DNA of 38,351 bases from the NCBI GenBank assembly GCA_041640455.1, contig JBEQAF010000010.1:1-38351 (forward strand), in the 5' to 3' direction. The notes under the pieces are model-generated. The model was not told the DNA's origin, ran no database searches, and worked only from the letters and a program-made list of their open reading frames with translations. The DNA comes from a bacterium. GTDB taxonomy: Bacteria > CALINM01. The position numbers were made by a program, and so were the translations under genes. The first letter of the stretch is position 1. Each line of letters opens with the position of its first letter. Of the stretch, positions 1 through 9,714 are shown in pieces.

Positions 1-1299
1 GGCATTAAAAACCGCATCTACAGGTCCATTTCCGAAAGTCGCCTCTTTAATAAGCTTTCCATCATGTTCAACCTCAACAGTGGCACAAGGGGTTACTCTA
101 CTACCAGACACCACATTTAGATAGACAAATTTATACTTTTCTGGAAGATTAAGTATCTCCTGAGAGATAATGGCATCAATATCTTCATCATATAGATACT
201 TTTTCTGATCGCAGAGTTCTTTAAATCTCTTAAAAGCCTTGTTTAACTGCTCCTCGTTAAGATCATAACCCATTTCTTCCACACGCTTTTTAAAGGCATG
301 CCTGCCAGAAAGCTTACCCAGCACTAACAGGCTCTGGGGGATCCCAACAGACTCAGGCGTCATAATCTCATAGGTTAGCCTTTCCTTTAAAACTCCATCC
401 TGATGTATCCCCGACTCGTGGGCAAAGGCATTTGCCCCCACAATAGCCTTATTGGGCTGCACAATCATGCCCGTTATCTGAGAAACCAGCTTGCTGGTGC
501 GGTAAATATATCTGGTATTTATTCTTGTGCTAAAATTAAAAAAGTCCTTTCTTGTTTTTAAAGCCATTACAATCTCTTCCATAGCTGCGTTACCAGCTCT
601 CTCACCGATACCGTTTATGGTGCACTCTACCTGCCTTGCGCCTGCAAGAACGGCAGATAAAGAGTTTGCCACTGCCAGCCCTAAGTCATTATGACAGTGC
701 ACCGAGATGGTAGCTTTGTTTATATTTTTAACTTTCTGTTTTATGGTTGAAATAATCTGATAGAACTCCTGTGGTGTAATATACCCTACTGTATCAGGGA
801 TATTTACTGTAGTAGCACCAGCATCAATAACCGCCTCGACCACCTCGCAGAGAAAATTAATGTCGGTTCTACATGCGTCCTCAGCAGAAAACTCCACATT
901 GTCAGTAAAACCTTTTGCAAACTTAACAGCCCAGATGGATCTTTTAAGAGCTTCTTTTCTGTCTATCTTAAGCTTATATTTTAAATGTATGTCTGATGTG
1001 GCTAAAAAGGTATGAATTCGAGGTTTGTTTGCATATTTTATTGCTTCCCAGGCTCTCTGGATATCCTGCTCAGTTGCCCTTGCAAGCCCAGCAACTTCTG
1101 ACCTGGTAATATTTTTGGCAATATTTTTGACTGCCTCAAAATCTCCCTCTGACGCAGCAGGAAATCCAGCTTCTATAATATCAACCCCCAGTCTTTCGAG
1201 CTGAAGGGCAATTCTCAATTTCTCTTCCATGTTCATTGAAGCACCAGCTGCCTGCTCACCATCTCTTAAGGTGGTATCAAAAATCTTTATTATTTCCAT
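1..1299 (-). CDS. leuA: 2-isopropylmalate synthase (3' end runs off the window start)
   Basis: Not in the ORF track. Manual translation from ATG 1299 (GGAGG upstream) gives [22 protein letters not shown]..., [24 protein letters not shown] and, near the window edge, GNGPVDA of the regulatory domain. Confidence 0.95.
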   Translation of the reverse strand, partial: MEIIKIFDTTLRDGEQAAGASMNMEEKLRIALQLERLGVDIIEAGFPAASEGDFEAVKNIAKNITRSEVAGLARATEQDIQRAWEAIKYANKPRIHTFLATSDIHLKYKLKIDRKEALKRSIWAVKFAKGFTDNVEFSAEDACRTDINFLCEVVEAVIDAGATTVNIPDTVGYITPQEFYQIISTIKQKVKNINKATISVHCHNDLGLAVANSLSAVLAGARQVECTINGIGERAGNAAMEEIVMALKTRKDFFNFSTRINTRYIYRTSKLVSQITGMIVQPNKAIVGANAFAHESGIHQDGVLKERLTYEIMTPESVGIPQSLLVLGKLSGRHAFKKRVEEMGYDLNEEQLNKAFKRFKELCDQKKYLYDEDIDAIISQEILNLPEKYKFVYLNVVSGSRVTPCATVEVEHDGKLIKEATFGNGPVDAVFNA

Positions 1300-1302
1300 T
1301 TA

Positions 1303-2043
1303 CTACCTCCCAATTTTTCTTTTTTCAAGGAGATACAGGACAGGTCCAGACATGGAATACCCAAAGAATATGAGAAATAGAAAGACCTCATGCTTTGCGA
1401 TTATTAGCAGAAACAATAAAATTGCCACTGCAAGAGCAGAAAAGGGCTTCCTTTTTATAGGATCAATATCTTTAAAACTGTGATATTTAATGGTACTTAT
1501 CATTAGAAAAGCAAGCGCAAAAGTTAGCAGTAATACAAAATATTCCTTTAAAGTCTGACCTTCTCCTGCAAGCTCATAATAAAATATTACCGCTGATGAT
1601 ATGACAAGGGCAGCACCAGGAATAGGCAGTCCATTAAACTTTCTGCTTTCCACTGTGTTTATCTGAACATTAAATCTTGCAAGTCTGAGCGCACCGCATA
1701 TAAGAAACAGAAAAGCTGCCATCCAGCCTACTCTACCATAAGGTCTAAGAGCCCATGCATAAATTAAAAGAGACGGAGTAACACCAAAGGCAACAAGATC
1801 TGCCAGCGAATCATATTCAACGCCAAATCTTGAGACTGCCCCCATCATTCTGGCTATTCTTCCGTCCAGCATATCCAGGATGGCTGACACTATAATGGCA
1901 TATGCGGCATTAATAAAATTTTCATCCCAGACTGAAACAATGCCATAAAAACCAGCCATAAGGCTTGCAGAGGTGAGGAGGTTAGGCAGAATATATACAC
2001 CTTTTTTTATACTATCTTTATTATACTTTTCTTCTTTACTCAT
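1303..2043 (-). CDS. pssA: CDP-diacylglycerol--serine O-phosphatidyltransferase
   Basis: LPNLLT, CDP-alcohol motif DMLDGRIAR...FGVEYDSLAD, LRLARFN, GLPIP; adjacent to psd. Confidence 0.93.
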   Translation of the reverse strand: MSKEEKYNKDSIKKGVYILPNLLTSASLMAGFYGIVSVWDENFINAAYAIIVSAILDMLDGRIARMMGAVSRFGVEYDSLADLVAFGVTPSLLIYAWALRPYGRVGWMAAFLFLICGALRLARFNVQINTVESRKFNGLPIPGAALVISSAVIFYYELAGEGQTLKEYFVLLLTFALAFLMISTIKYHSFKDIDPIKRKPFSALAVAILLFLLIIAKHEVFLFLIFFGYSMSGPVLYLLEKRKIGR

Positions 2044-2692
2044 CCTTAAGTATCCCTAATATGGTTTCGCCAGCTCTGGCACTATCATTTAATTTTACCT
2101 TTATTTCACAACTTTGTGGCAAAAAAATATCAAGCCTTGATCCGTAGCAGATCAGACCTATAATATCTCCTTTTTTAAGCATATCTCCTGTCTTAACATC
2201 ACATACAATCCTTCTTGCTATAAGCCCTGCTACCTGAACTACAAGAATCTCCTGTCCTTCAGGTGTTTTAATATGAATATAGTTTTTTTCATTCTCTTCT
2301 GTTGCTTTGTCAAGGTCTGCGGAAAAAAATCTACCGCTTTCATGTAATGTATTTAATACCACACCATCGTAAGGAGCCCTGTTTATATGCACATTGAATA
2401 TGGACATGAAAATACTAATCTTTTTTGCATGCCTTTTAAGAAACCTGTCTTCATAGGTATCTTTTATTAAAATCACTTCACCATCAGCAGGAGAAACTAT
2501 CTGCCTTCCCAGAGGAGATTCTCTTCCGGGATTTCTAAAAAAAAATAAATTAAATATAAAAAACAATATCAGTACTGCGCTGACATAATAAACTTTATAA
2601 AAAAAGAAGAAGAGGGCAAAAAACAGGGTAAGCGCCCCTATTTTCAGCCCCTCTATTGCTATGGGAAAGCTCCTGTGTTTTTTTTTATCCAA
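2036..2692 (-). CDS. psd: Phosphatidylserine decarboxylase proenzyme (short PSD-A type)
   Basis: FFRNP, SPADG, FMSIFNVHINRAP, QVAGLIARRI, GSRLD self-cleavage site; TTG start. Confidence 0.92.
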   Translation of the reverse strand: MDKKKHRSFPIAIEGLKIGALTLFFALFFFFYKVYYVSAVLILFFIFNLFFFRNPGRESPLGRQIVSPADGEVILIKDTYEDRFLKRHAKKISIFMSIFNVHINRAPYDGVVLNTLHESGRFFSADLDKATEENEKNYIHIKTPEGQEILVVQVAGLIARRIVCDVKTGDMLKKGDIIGLICYGSRLDIFLPQSCEIKVKLNDSARAGETILGILKDE

Positions 2693-2694
2693 GA

Positions 2695-3717
<1,023 letters not shown>

Positions 3718-3726
3718 CTACAAATT

Positions 3727-3756
3727 ATTATCAGTAAAGTTTACTAAAAAAGACAA
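3727..3756 (-). promoter_or_regulatory. Putative sigma70 promoter of ilvC-psd-pssA-leuA with a palindrome in its spacer
   Basis: Minus strand TTGTCT-N18-GATAAT; the spacer contains the inverted repeat AGTAAA-n-TTTACT (3733-3745). Confidence 0.4.
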
Positions 3757-3872
3757 ATAAAAGTAAAGATTATTGATTTTTGAGAAAGCAAAAAAGTAAA
3801 AATGTGCTTCTTTATCAGCAAAGATAAAAGGACTTTTAAAATAAATGAGTCATTAAACAGTTAAAAAATAAT

Positions 3873-3972
3873 CAGGCACGACTTTTGGCGCTGTTGCCAG
3901 TTATTCAAGCAATGTAGGCTGGCTCTCTGCGGGAAAACAGATAGTACTGTTTAACAGAGAGTTCAATTTTTA
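3873..3972 (+). ncRNA. Candidate structured small RNA / terminator-bearing element
   Basis: GC-richer island in an AT-rich spacer. Hairpin GGCTCTCTG(3921-29)/CAGAGAGTT(3955-63) encloses AAACAG/CTGTTT. A second stem GCCAG(3896-3900)/CTGGC(3919-23) is present, with a T-run at 3967-71. Confidence 0.35.
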
Positions 3973-3977
3973 AACAG

Positions 3978-5015
3978 CTACTCCTGAATTTTTTCTCTTA
4001 TAAATACCGTACGGTGGGGGAAGGGGATCTCTATCCCTTCTTCCTTAAATCTTTTAAAAACCCTCTTTCTAAGCTCATGCTGAACTAAAAACTGATCAGT
4101 AAACTCCTTTACAAAACAGATTAAGGTAAAATCAATGGAGCTTTCGCCAAATCCTGGAATCAGCCTGACCGCTGGCTCAGGCTCTTTTAAAAGAGCGGGG
4201 ATCTCAGAAACCGCTTTATGGGCTTCCTCAAGCAGAATCCTTTCTACCTTATCTATATCGGAAAAATAGCTTACCCCAAACTGAATTCTTACAGCCATCT
4301 TTTTTTCTGGAAGATGGTAGTTTGTAACTATACTTTGAGCAAGCTTGCTATTGGGGATAATCACCATATTATTAGGAAGCATTTTTATTCTCGTTGTTCT
4401 CCAGGTAATATCCTCTACATAGCCTTCCTGACCATTTTCCAGCCTGATAAAATCGCCAACCCTTATGGACTTTTCCACCATAATATGTATACCAGCAAAT
4501 AGATTTGCGAGGGTATCCTGCAAGGCTAAAGCAACTGCCAAACCTCCCACTCCCAGCGCTGTAATAAGCGGAGTTATGGAAACTCCCATTACTGCAAGAA
4601 TTATTAACATCCCAATTATTAGAATAGTCCCCTTCAGAATGCCGTAAACAAGCCCAGTAGTGGGTATGGGAAGGTCAGACTTTTTTAGATAGTTTTTAAA
4701 AATCTTTCCTGATAGATTGGCTGAGGCTATGGTAATTGAAAAGATGATGATGATATAAATCATTTTGTTCAGATAAAGTATGTACTTATCTGGAATTGGC
4801 GAGATCCCCAGTCCTATATACAAGCCTATAGCTATACACCAGTATATACTGGGGACTCTGATAGACCTGATAATTATATCGTCAATCATTGTCTCGGTAC
4901 TTTCAGCCCATTTATGAAGCAGTTTAAAGGATATGGCTCTTAATATTAACAAAAGAGATATTAAAGTAAGCGTTACAATGGCAGGGATAAAAAGCTCTTT
5001 TAGCTCTATGCCCAT
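3978..5015 (-). CDS. Small-conductance mechanosensitive channel (MscS family)
   Basis: LGVGGLAVALALQDTLANLFAG, IRVGDFI, ITWRTTRI, IPNS, IEIPFPHR. Start placed at ATG 5015 (GGGGG upstream) rather than TTG 5027. Confidence 0.93.
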   Translation of the reverse strand: MGIELKELFIPAIVTLTLISLLLILRAISFKLLHKWAESTETMIDDIIIRSIRVPSIYWCIAIGLYIGLGISPIPDKYILYLNKMIYIIIIFSITIASANLSGKIFKNYLKKSDLPIPTTGLVYGILKGTILIIGMLIILAVMGVSITPLITALGVGGLAVALALQDTLANLFAGIHIMVEKSIRVGDFIRLENGQEGYVEDITWRTTRIKMLPNNMVIIPNSKLAQSIVTNYHLPEKKMAVRIQFGVSYFSDIDKVERILLEEAHKAVSEIPALLKEPEPAVRLIPGFGESSIDFTLICFVKEFTDQFLVQHELRKRVFKRFKEEGIEIPFPHRTVFIREKIQE

Positions 5016-5136
5016 TAAAGCCCCCAATTTTATAAATTAAAAAAATCCTTTTCTCTATATGCTTTCTTGGTGGTAATTACAAAGCCTGGTCAATCTTTCA
5101 AAGCTCTGTTTTTTAATGCTCCTTAGAATTAAAAAA

Positions 5137-6123
5137 TCATCTATTAAACAGAATACTATAGTTCAACCCAAGATAGCTAAAACTACTGTCGATAGCTTGC
5201 CTGAAGCTTTTCCCCTCACCCAGCTGGGTCAGTATATCATACAATCCATAGTCGCCTGCTTCACGGGCAATAAAGATGACCAAAGCAAGGGCATCATTAT
5301 AAAGCTCTTTTATCTCCTTTTCGGGACGTCCTTCCCATCTTTTTGGAAAATCTTCTGGCGTTAGCTTTTTTGCTGTTTTTTCAAAGTGTTTAGTAGTGTT
5401 TTTAACTGCAAAATACTGAGCAACACCTTCATTAAACCAGAGCGGACAGTTCCCTTTCGTCAGACCCTCAATAGCCAGATGGGCATATTCGTGAAAAACG
5501 ATCTCTTTTAATCTCTCGGTCTTAATATGCTTATTAAGCTGTATCCTTATTTTTCCGTCAAAGCCACCCTGAGACCAGAGCGGAAGAACAGTATAATCCT
5601 TATAGTCATCACCGTAATAGATCATTACTTTTATAATATCATCGGGATACCATCTAAAAAACTTTCCCCCCTCGTATTGAGCCTCATCAAGCAAAGAAAA
5701 AATCTCTTCCAAAACCCTGCCATCCTTAACAGGGCTTTCCTCAGAAAAGAATATCTCAAATTTTTTGCTTCTATCTCTGCTGCTTTTTTCAAGAAAGGCT
5801 TTTTCTTTCTCAATCCTTTCAAGTTTTTGTTTAATCTCTCTGCCTTTTAGCGGATACTGCTCGTAAAGCCTTGAAAGAATGCTATAGGCTTCATAAATGT
5901 TATTCTCCTGAAAATAAACCTCCGCAAGCATCATGGATATCTGGTAGGCATACTTAGGGTCTTCGGAAAGATCCCTTGCCAGGCTCTTAAAGGCGGGATA
6001 GTTTTTTTCTTTAAAATATTTTACCGATCTATAAAAGTCCTCATCAGTTTCTGCAAAAACATAGGCTGAATAAAGAATTATAAGCAGTATTAAGCTGCTA
6101 AGCCTTTTTAAAGAACTCTTCAT
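5137..6123 (-). CDS. Exported zinc metallopeptidase, peptidase MA-like (gluzincin), with N-terminal TPR-like helices
   Basis: Signal peptide ending VFA-E; HEYAH-x16-E in PLWFNEGVAQY; helical N-terminal region. Confidence 0.8.
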   Translation of the reverse strand: MKSSLKRLSSLILLIILYSAYVFAETDEDFYRSVKYFKEKNYPAFKSLARDLSEDPKYAYQISMMLAEVYFQENNIYEAYSILSRLYEQYPLKGREIKQKLERIEKEKAFLEKSSRDRSKKFEIFFSEESPVKDGRVLEEIFSLLDEAQYEGGKFFRWYPDDIIKVMIYYGDDYKDYTVLPLWSQGGFDGKIRIQLNKHIKTERLKEIVFHEYAHLAIEGLTKGNCPLWFNEGVAQYFAVKNTTKHFEKTAKKLTPEDFPKRWEGRPEKEIKELYNDALALVIFIAREAGDYGLYDILTQLGEGKSFRQAIDSSFSYLGLNYSILFNR

Positions 6124-7921
6124 TTCTTTTTATCTTTGTTTTTGACCTTTCTTCCTTCAGCCACTCTTTAAAGTAGAGATCCCTTTTATTTTTAAGAAAC
6201 TCTTCTTTGAAAGCCTTAAATTCAGCTGAACTGGGGTCATACTCCTTTTCCTTCTCATCAATGAAATAGATTATATAAACATTATCCCCTGCCGTATAAG
6301 CTTTGCCAAGAATCTTGTTATTTTTTCCCAGTTTAACTATATCTTTGTCTATGTCTTTAATAAGATTTAGCGGTGCTGGAATATTGGTTAATGGATTAAA
6401 AAAACCAAGCTCTTTACCTTTGGGGAGGCTACCAGCCTTTATAAGCTCTTCAGCTTTTTTAGTGGCGAGCTCAAGGGCTTTTTTCTTGATAAGCCCCTCT
6501 TTTACTCTGTCTTTAACCTCTGCCAATTCAAAATAGCCTCTGTTAATCTTTATAATCTTTCCTACAATTACCCCCTTTGACAGCATCACAGGTCCGAATA
6601 CCTTGCCATCCTGAGAGGAAAAAACAGTTTTTGATACCTCGGGCGCTACTCCAATATCTCCAATCTCTGCCTTTTCCTTCTCAATGATCGCCTTCTTTAA
6701 AGAAACATCCTTATCCTTTCCTGTCTCCAGATCCTTTTTGATATCATTTGCCTTCTTCTGCGCATATAATCGAGCTTTATTAAACTTGACCTTTTTTTCC
6801 ACATCTTCTTTAACCTCAGCAAGCTCTCTTACCCGCTCATCCTTAAGGTCTTCTACCTTTATAATATGGAATCCGTATTCACTCTCTACCAGATCTGACA
6901 GCTCGCCTTTTTTCATAGTACTCAGCTTTGCTGCAAGTTTGGGAGAAACTTTATCTAAGGTAACCTCCCCTATCTCTCCACCTCTTTTTTTTGTGCCATC
7001 ATCATTGTATTTTGAAGCTACCTTAGAAAAATCCTCCTTAGATAGCAGTTTTTTTGCTTCCTCTGCTTTCTTTTTTGCCCTTTCTTTGTCCTGTCCGAAT
7101 GCGATAAAGATATGCTTGATGACATAAGTTTTGGGGACAAAGAACTCTGACTTATGCTCGTCATAATACTCTTTAAGATCCTTCTCCTCCAATTTTATCT
7201 GAGTTAAAAAATCTTCGTTTTTAATATAGGCATAGTTTATCTCTGCTGTTTCAGGTCTTTTAAAACTCTCCTTGTTTTCATCGTAATATTTTTTCTCTTC
7301 TTCTGGTGTAACCGAAACTTCTTTAACAAAGTTTTTATAGTTAAGCTCTACAAAACCTGCCTTTATCTCTCTGTTTTTAACCCTGAAAAACTCTTTTAAC
7401 TCTTCTTCGCTTAGATTAACCGAGTTTTTTATTATGGCACTAACCTTTGAGATAAGCAGTGATTTTTCAATATTACCCTCAAATGCAGAGGGAGTTGTTT
7501 TCATATACCTAAGCACTTCAAGATACCTATCCCTGTTGAACTGCCCATTTACTTTGAAAGCTTCCTCTCTCATAAGCTCATCAATAATCTCATTTTCCGA
7601 AACCTTTAGTTTAAGCTCCTCAGCCTTATTTAAAAGTAATGTCTGATCAACTATAAGATCCCATGCCTCGTTTTTTATCTTTTCTTCCAGAACCTTATAA
7701 TCAAACCGATCGCCTAAAATATTTTTATAGGTATTACTGACTATATCCATGGCATTCTGATATTCAAAAAGGGTAATGCTTGTTTTGTTAATTCTTCCTA
7801 CCTCATTCTGCTCCCTCTCCCTCATAGTGCCAACGCCCCAAAGAACGAAAACCAGTATTATGAGCCCAAAGATGATCTTAATTGTCCAGGAAGTAGCCCT
7901 CTTTCTCAAAAAATCTAACAT
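6098..7921 (-). CDS. PpiD/SurA-family membrane-anchored periplasmic chaperone with a parvulin PPIase domain
   Basis: MLDFLRK..IIFGLIILVFVLWGVG anchor, SurA_N region, parvulin motifs HIFI...GGEIG...SEYGFHIIKV; SD GGAGG. Confidence 0.9.
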   Translation of the reverse strand: MLDFLRKRATSWTIKIIFGLIILVFVLWGVGTMREREQNEVGRINKTSITLFEYQNAMDIVSNTYKNILGDRFDYKVLEEKIKNEAWDLIVDQTLLLNKAEELKLKVSENEIIDELMREEAFKVNGQFNRDRYLEVLRYMKTTPSAFEGNIEKSLLISKVSAIIKNSVNLSEEELKEFFRVKNREIKAGFVELNYKNFVKEVSVTPEEEKKYYDENKESFKRPETAEINYAYIKNEDFLTQIKLEEKDLKEYYDEHKSEFFVPKTYVIKHIFIAFGQDKERAKKKAEEAKKLLSKEDFSKVASKYNDDGTKKRGGEIGEVTLDKVSPKLAAKLSTMKKGELSDLVESEYGFHIIKVEDLKDERVRELAEVKEDVEKKVKFNKARLYAQKKANDIKKDLETGKDKDVSLKKAIIEKEKAEIGDIGVAPEVSKTVFSSQDGKVFGPVMLSKGVIVGKIIKINRGYFELAEVKDRVKEGLIKKKALELATKKAEELIKAGSLPKGKELGFFNPLTNIPAPLNLIKDIDKDIVKLGKNNKILGKAYTAGDNVYIIYFIDEKEKEYDPSSAEFKAFKEEFLKNKRDLYFKEWLKEERSKTKIKRNEEFFKKA

Positions 7922-7956
7922 CTCTCCTCCGATTTCGCTTGATTTATTTTTTAAAT

Positions 7957-7985
7957 ATGATAAATAAACTTATAAGAAAAAGCAA
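7957..7985 (-). promoter_or_regulatory. Putative sigma70 promoter of the ppiD-like/peptidase unit
   Basis: Minus strand TTGCTT-N17-TATCAT. Confidence 0.5.
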
Positions 7986-7987
7986 TT

Positions 7988-8566
7988 ATGGAAAAAAAAG
8001 TTTACTGCCCCCATTGCAACCAGGATGCTCTTACCTATTCGATTATACGAGATGGCAGGGAGGAGATCTGTTGCTTATATTGCGGTATGCTCCTTGAACG
8101 GCAGGAGAGTTCGGGAGGCTCTGCTACTGCTGAAAAGGGGAATCCCCTCAAAAATATTGTTTATGCCGACGACTCGCCTTTTATGAGAGAGCTTCTTATT
8201 GATATTTTTTCTCAGAAAAAGGATTTTGTGAACTCTTTTGTTACCTTCGATAGTGGTGAGAGTCTTGTCTACTATCTCACAAAATCTTTTCTCGAAAAGA
8301 AGCCCATAGATCTTATCATACTTGATATTAGAATGCCTCATCTGACAGGAATAGGTGCCGCTAATGCAATAAGAGCCATTGAAAGAGCCTTCGGCATAAA
8401 ACCCATACCTTTCTTATTTTTCTCAGCCAAACAGGCAGACGAAGAGTTAAAGAAGCTTATCGAGCATACCACTCCTGCATATTTCATTAACAAAGGGGCT
8501 TCTGCCAATATAGAAGAGCTTGAAAAAAGGCTTACCAAATCAGTAACATCAATTTTACATATCTGA
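7988..8566 (+). CDS. Response regulator receiver protein with an N-terminal zinc ribbon
   Basis: CPHC-x18-CLYC followed by a REC domain: ADDS, LDIRMP (phospho-Asp), FSA, NKG. Confidence 0.85.
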   Translation: MEKKVYCPHCNQDALTYSIIRDGREEICCLYCGMLLERQESSGGSATAEKGNPLKNIVYADDSPFMRELLIDIFSQKKDFVNSFVTFDSGESLVYYLTKSFLEKKPIDLIILDIRMPHLTGIGAANAIRAIERAFGIKPIPFLFFSAKQADEELKKLIEHTTPAYFINKGASANIEELEKRLTKSVTSILHI

Positions 8567-8568
8567 TT

Positions 8569-9243
8569 TTATATCTTGTAAGCTTTGTGAATACATACGG
8601 TGCCAAAACTAAGCGGATAGTATTCACAGGCAGAGAAGCCTGCATTTAGAATATTTTCTGAGAATCTTTCAGGTTCGGGAAAGTTTTCTATGGACTCCCT
8701 GAGATATACATAGGCATCTCTTTCAGAAAAAAGGGATGCTATATTGGTCATAACATATTTCAGATAAAATCTGTAAACAGGCTTAAAAATTCCTTTTGGC
8801 ATGGAGAACTCGAGGAACACAGCTTCTCCATTTTTTTTTAACACCCGAAAAATCTCTCTTAATGCCTGATCTCTTATGTGCATATTTCTTATTCCAAACG
8901 CGCAGCAGACTGCATCAAAACTGGCATCTTTAAAGGGCAGGTCATACACGGAAGCCTGAATGGCTGTATATTTTTTATGGGCAAGTTTTTTTTTTGATCG
9001 GTAAAGCATATTATAGCTTATATCTACTCCGATAACCTCTGCACCCCTCTTAATTATTCCTATTGAGCTATCACCTGTGCCAGCGGCAAGATCCATAATA
9101 AGCTTATTTTTTACTGGCATAAGCTCACCTGTCATCCTGTAGCGCCAGTAGTAATCCTGATAAAAGGATAGCGTGTGATTTAAAAAATCGTAGCGCCCCA
9201 CAATATGGTCAAACATCTCTTTTATTTTTGATGTGCTTTTCAT
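8569..9243 (-). CDS. menG: Demethylmenaquinone methyltransferase (MenG/UbiE family)
   Basis: MFDHIVGRYDFLNHTLS, DLAAGTGD, LPFKDASFD, FGIRN, YLRESI. Confidence 0.88.
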   Translation of the reverse strand: MKSTSKIKEMFDHIVGRYDFLNHTLSFYQDYYWRYRMTGELMPVKNKLIMDLAAGTGDSSIGIIKRGAEVIGVDISYNMLYRSKKKLAHKKYTAIQASVYDLPFKDASFDAVCCAFGIRNMHIRDQALREIFRVLKKNGEAVFLEFSMPKGIFKPVYRFYLKYVMTNIASLFSERDAYVYLRESIENFPEPERFSENILNAGFSACEYYPLSFGTVCIHKAYKI

Positions 9244-9272
9244 CAGGAAAGACTTGTAAAAATTTATGATCC

Positions 9273-9704
9273 TTATATTCTAATCACCGACTTGTCTTCC
9301 TCTTCCTGGTGAGAAGCCATGTCAATCTTATGAGCCTCTTCATCCATACGGCAGGTTCCGTTAAATATGGCACCCTCTTCAACAATTATTGCCTTAGAAA
9401 ATATGGTGCCCCGAACCTCGCATCCGCTTTTTAAAGTAAGCTTTTCGGATGCCCTGATATCTCCTTTTACCTTTCCAGAAATGGTTATATTTGAAGCCCT
9501 TATTATGCCGTTTACAAGTCCACTTTCACCTATAAATAGTTTATCGTTTCCGTCAATCTCGCCTTCCACCTTGCCGTCAATTCTTAATGTTCCCTGAAAT
9601 ATTACCTTACCCTTAAACTCAGTTCCAATACCAAGAAAGGTCAACACTTCCAGATTGGATTTATTTTTTTCTTCTATATCTTGCTTTGCCCTCTGCTGAA
9701 ACAT
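9273..9704 (-). CDS. Bactofilin (polymer-forming cytoskeletal protein, CcmA family)
   Basis: Beta-helix repeats GTEFKGKV...LRIDGKVEGEI...ISGKVKGDI...VEEGAIFNGTC. Start moved to ATG 9704 behind AAAGGAGG. Confidence 0.92.
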   Translation of the reverse strand: MFQQRAKQDIEEKNKSNLEVLTFLGIGTEFKGKVIFQGTLRIDGKVEGEIDGNDKLFIGESGLVNGIIRASNITISGKVKGDIRASEKLTLKSGCEVRGTIFSKAIIVEEGAIFNGTCRMDEEAHKIDMASHQEEEDKSVIRI

Positions 9705-9714
9705 AAACCCTCCT

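Noticed and set aside
5028..5139. Selenocysteine read-through or a small gene after the peptidase TGA (AAGGAG present)
   Set aside because: An in-frame TAA follows within 8 codons, there is no SECIS-like hairpin, and no start codon follows the AAGGAG.
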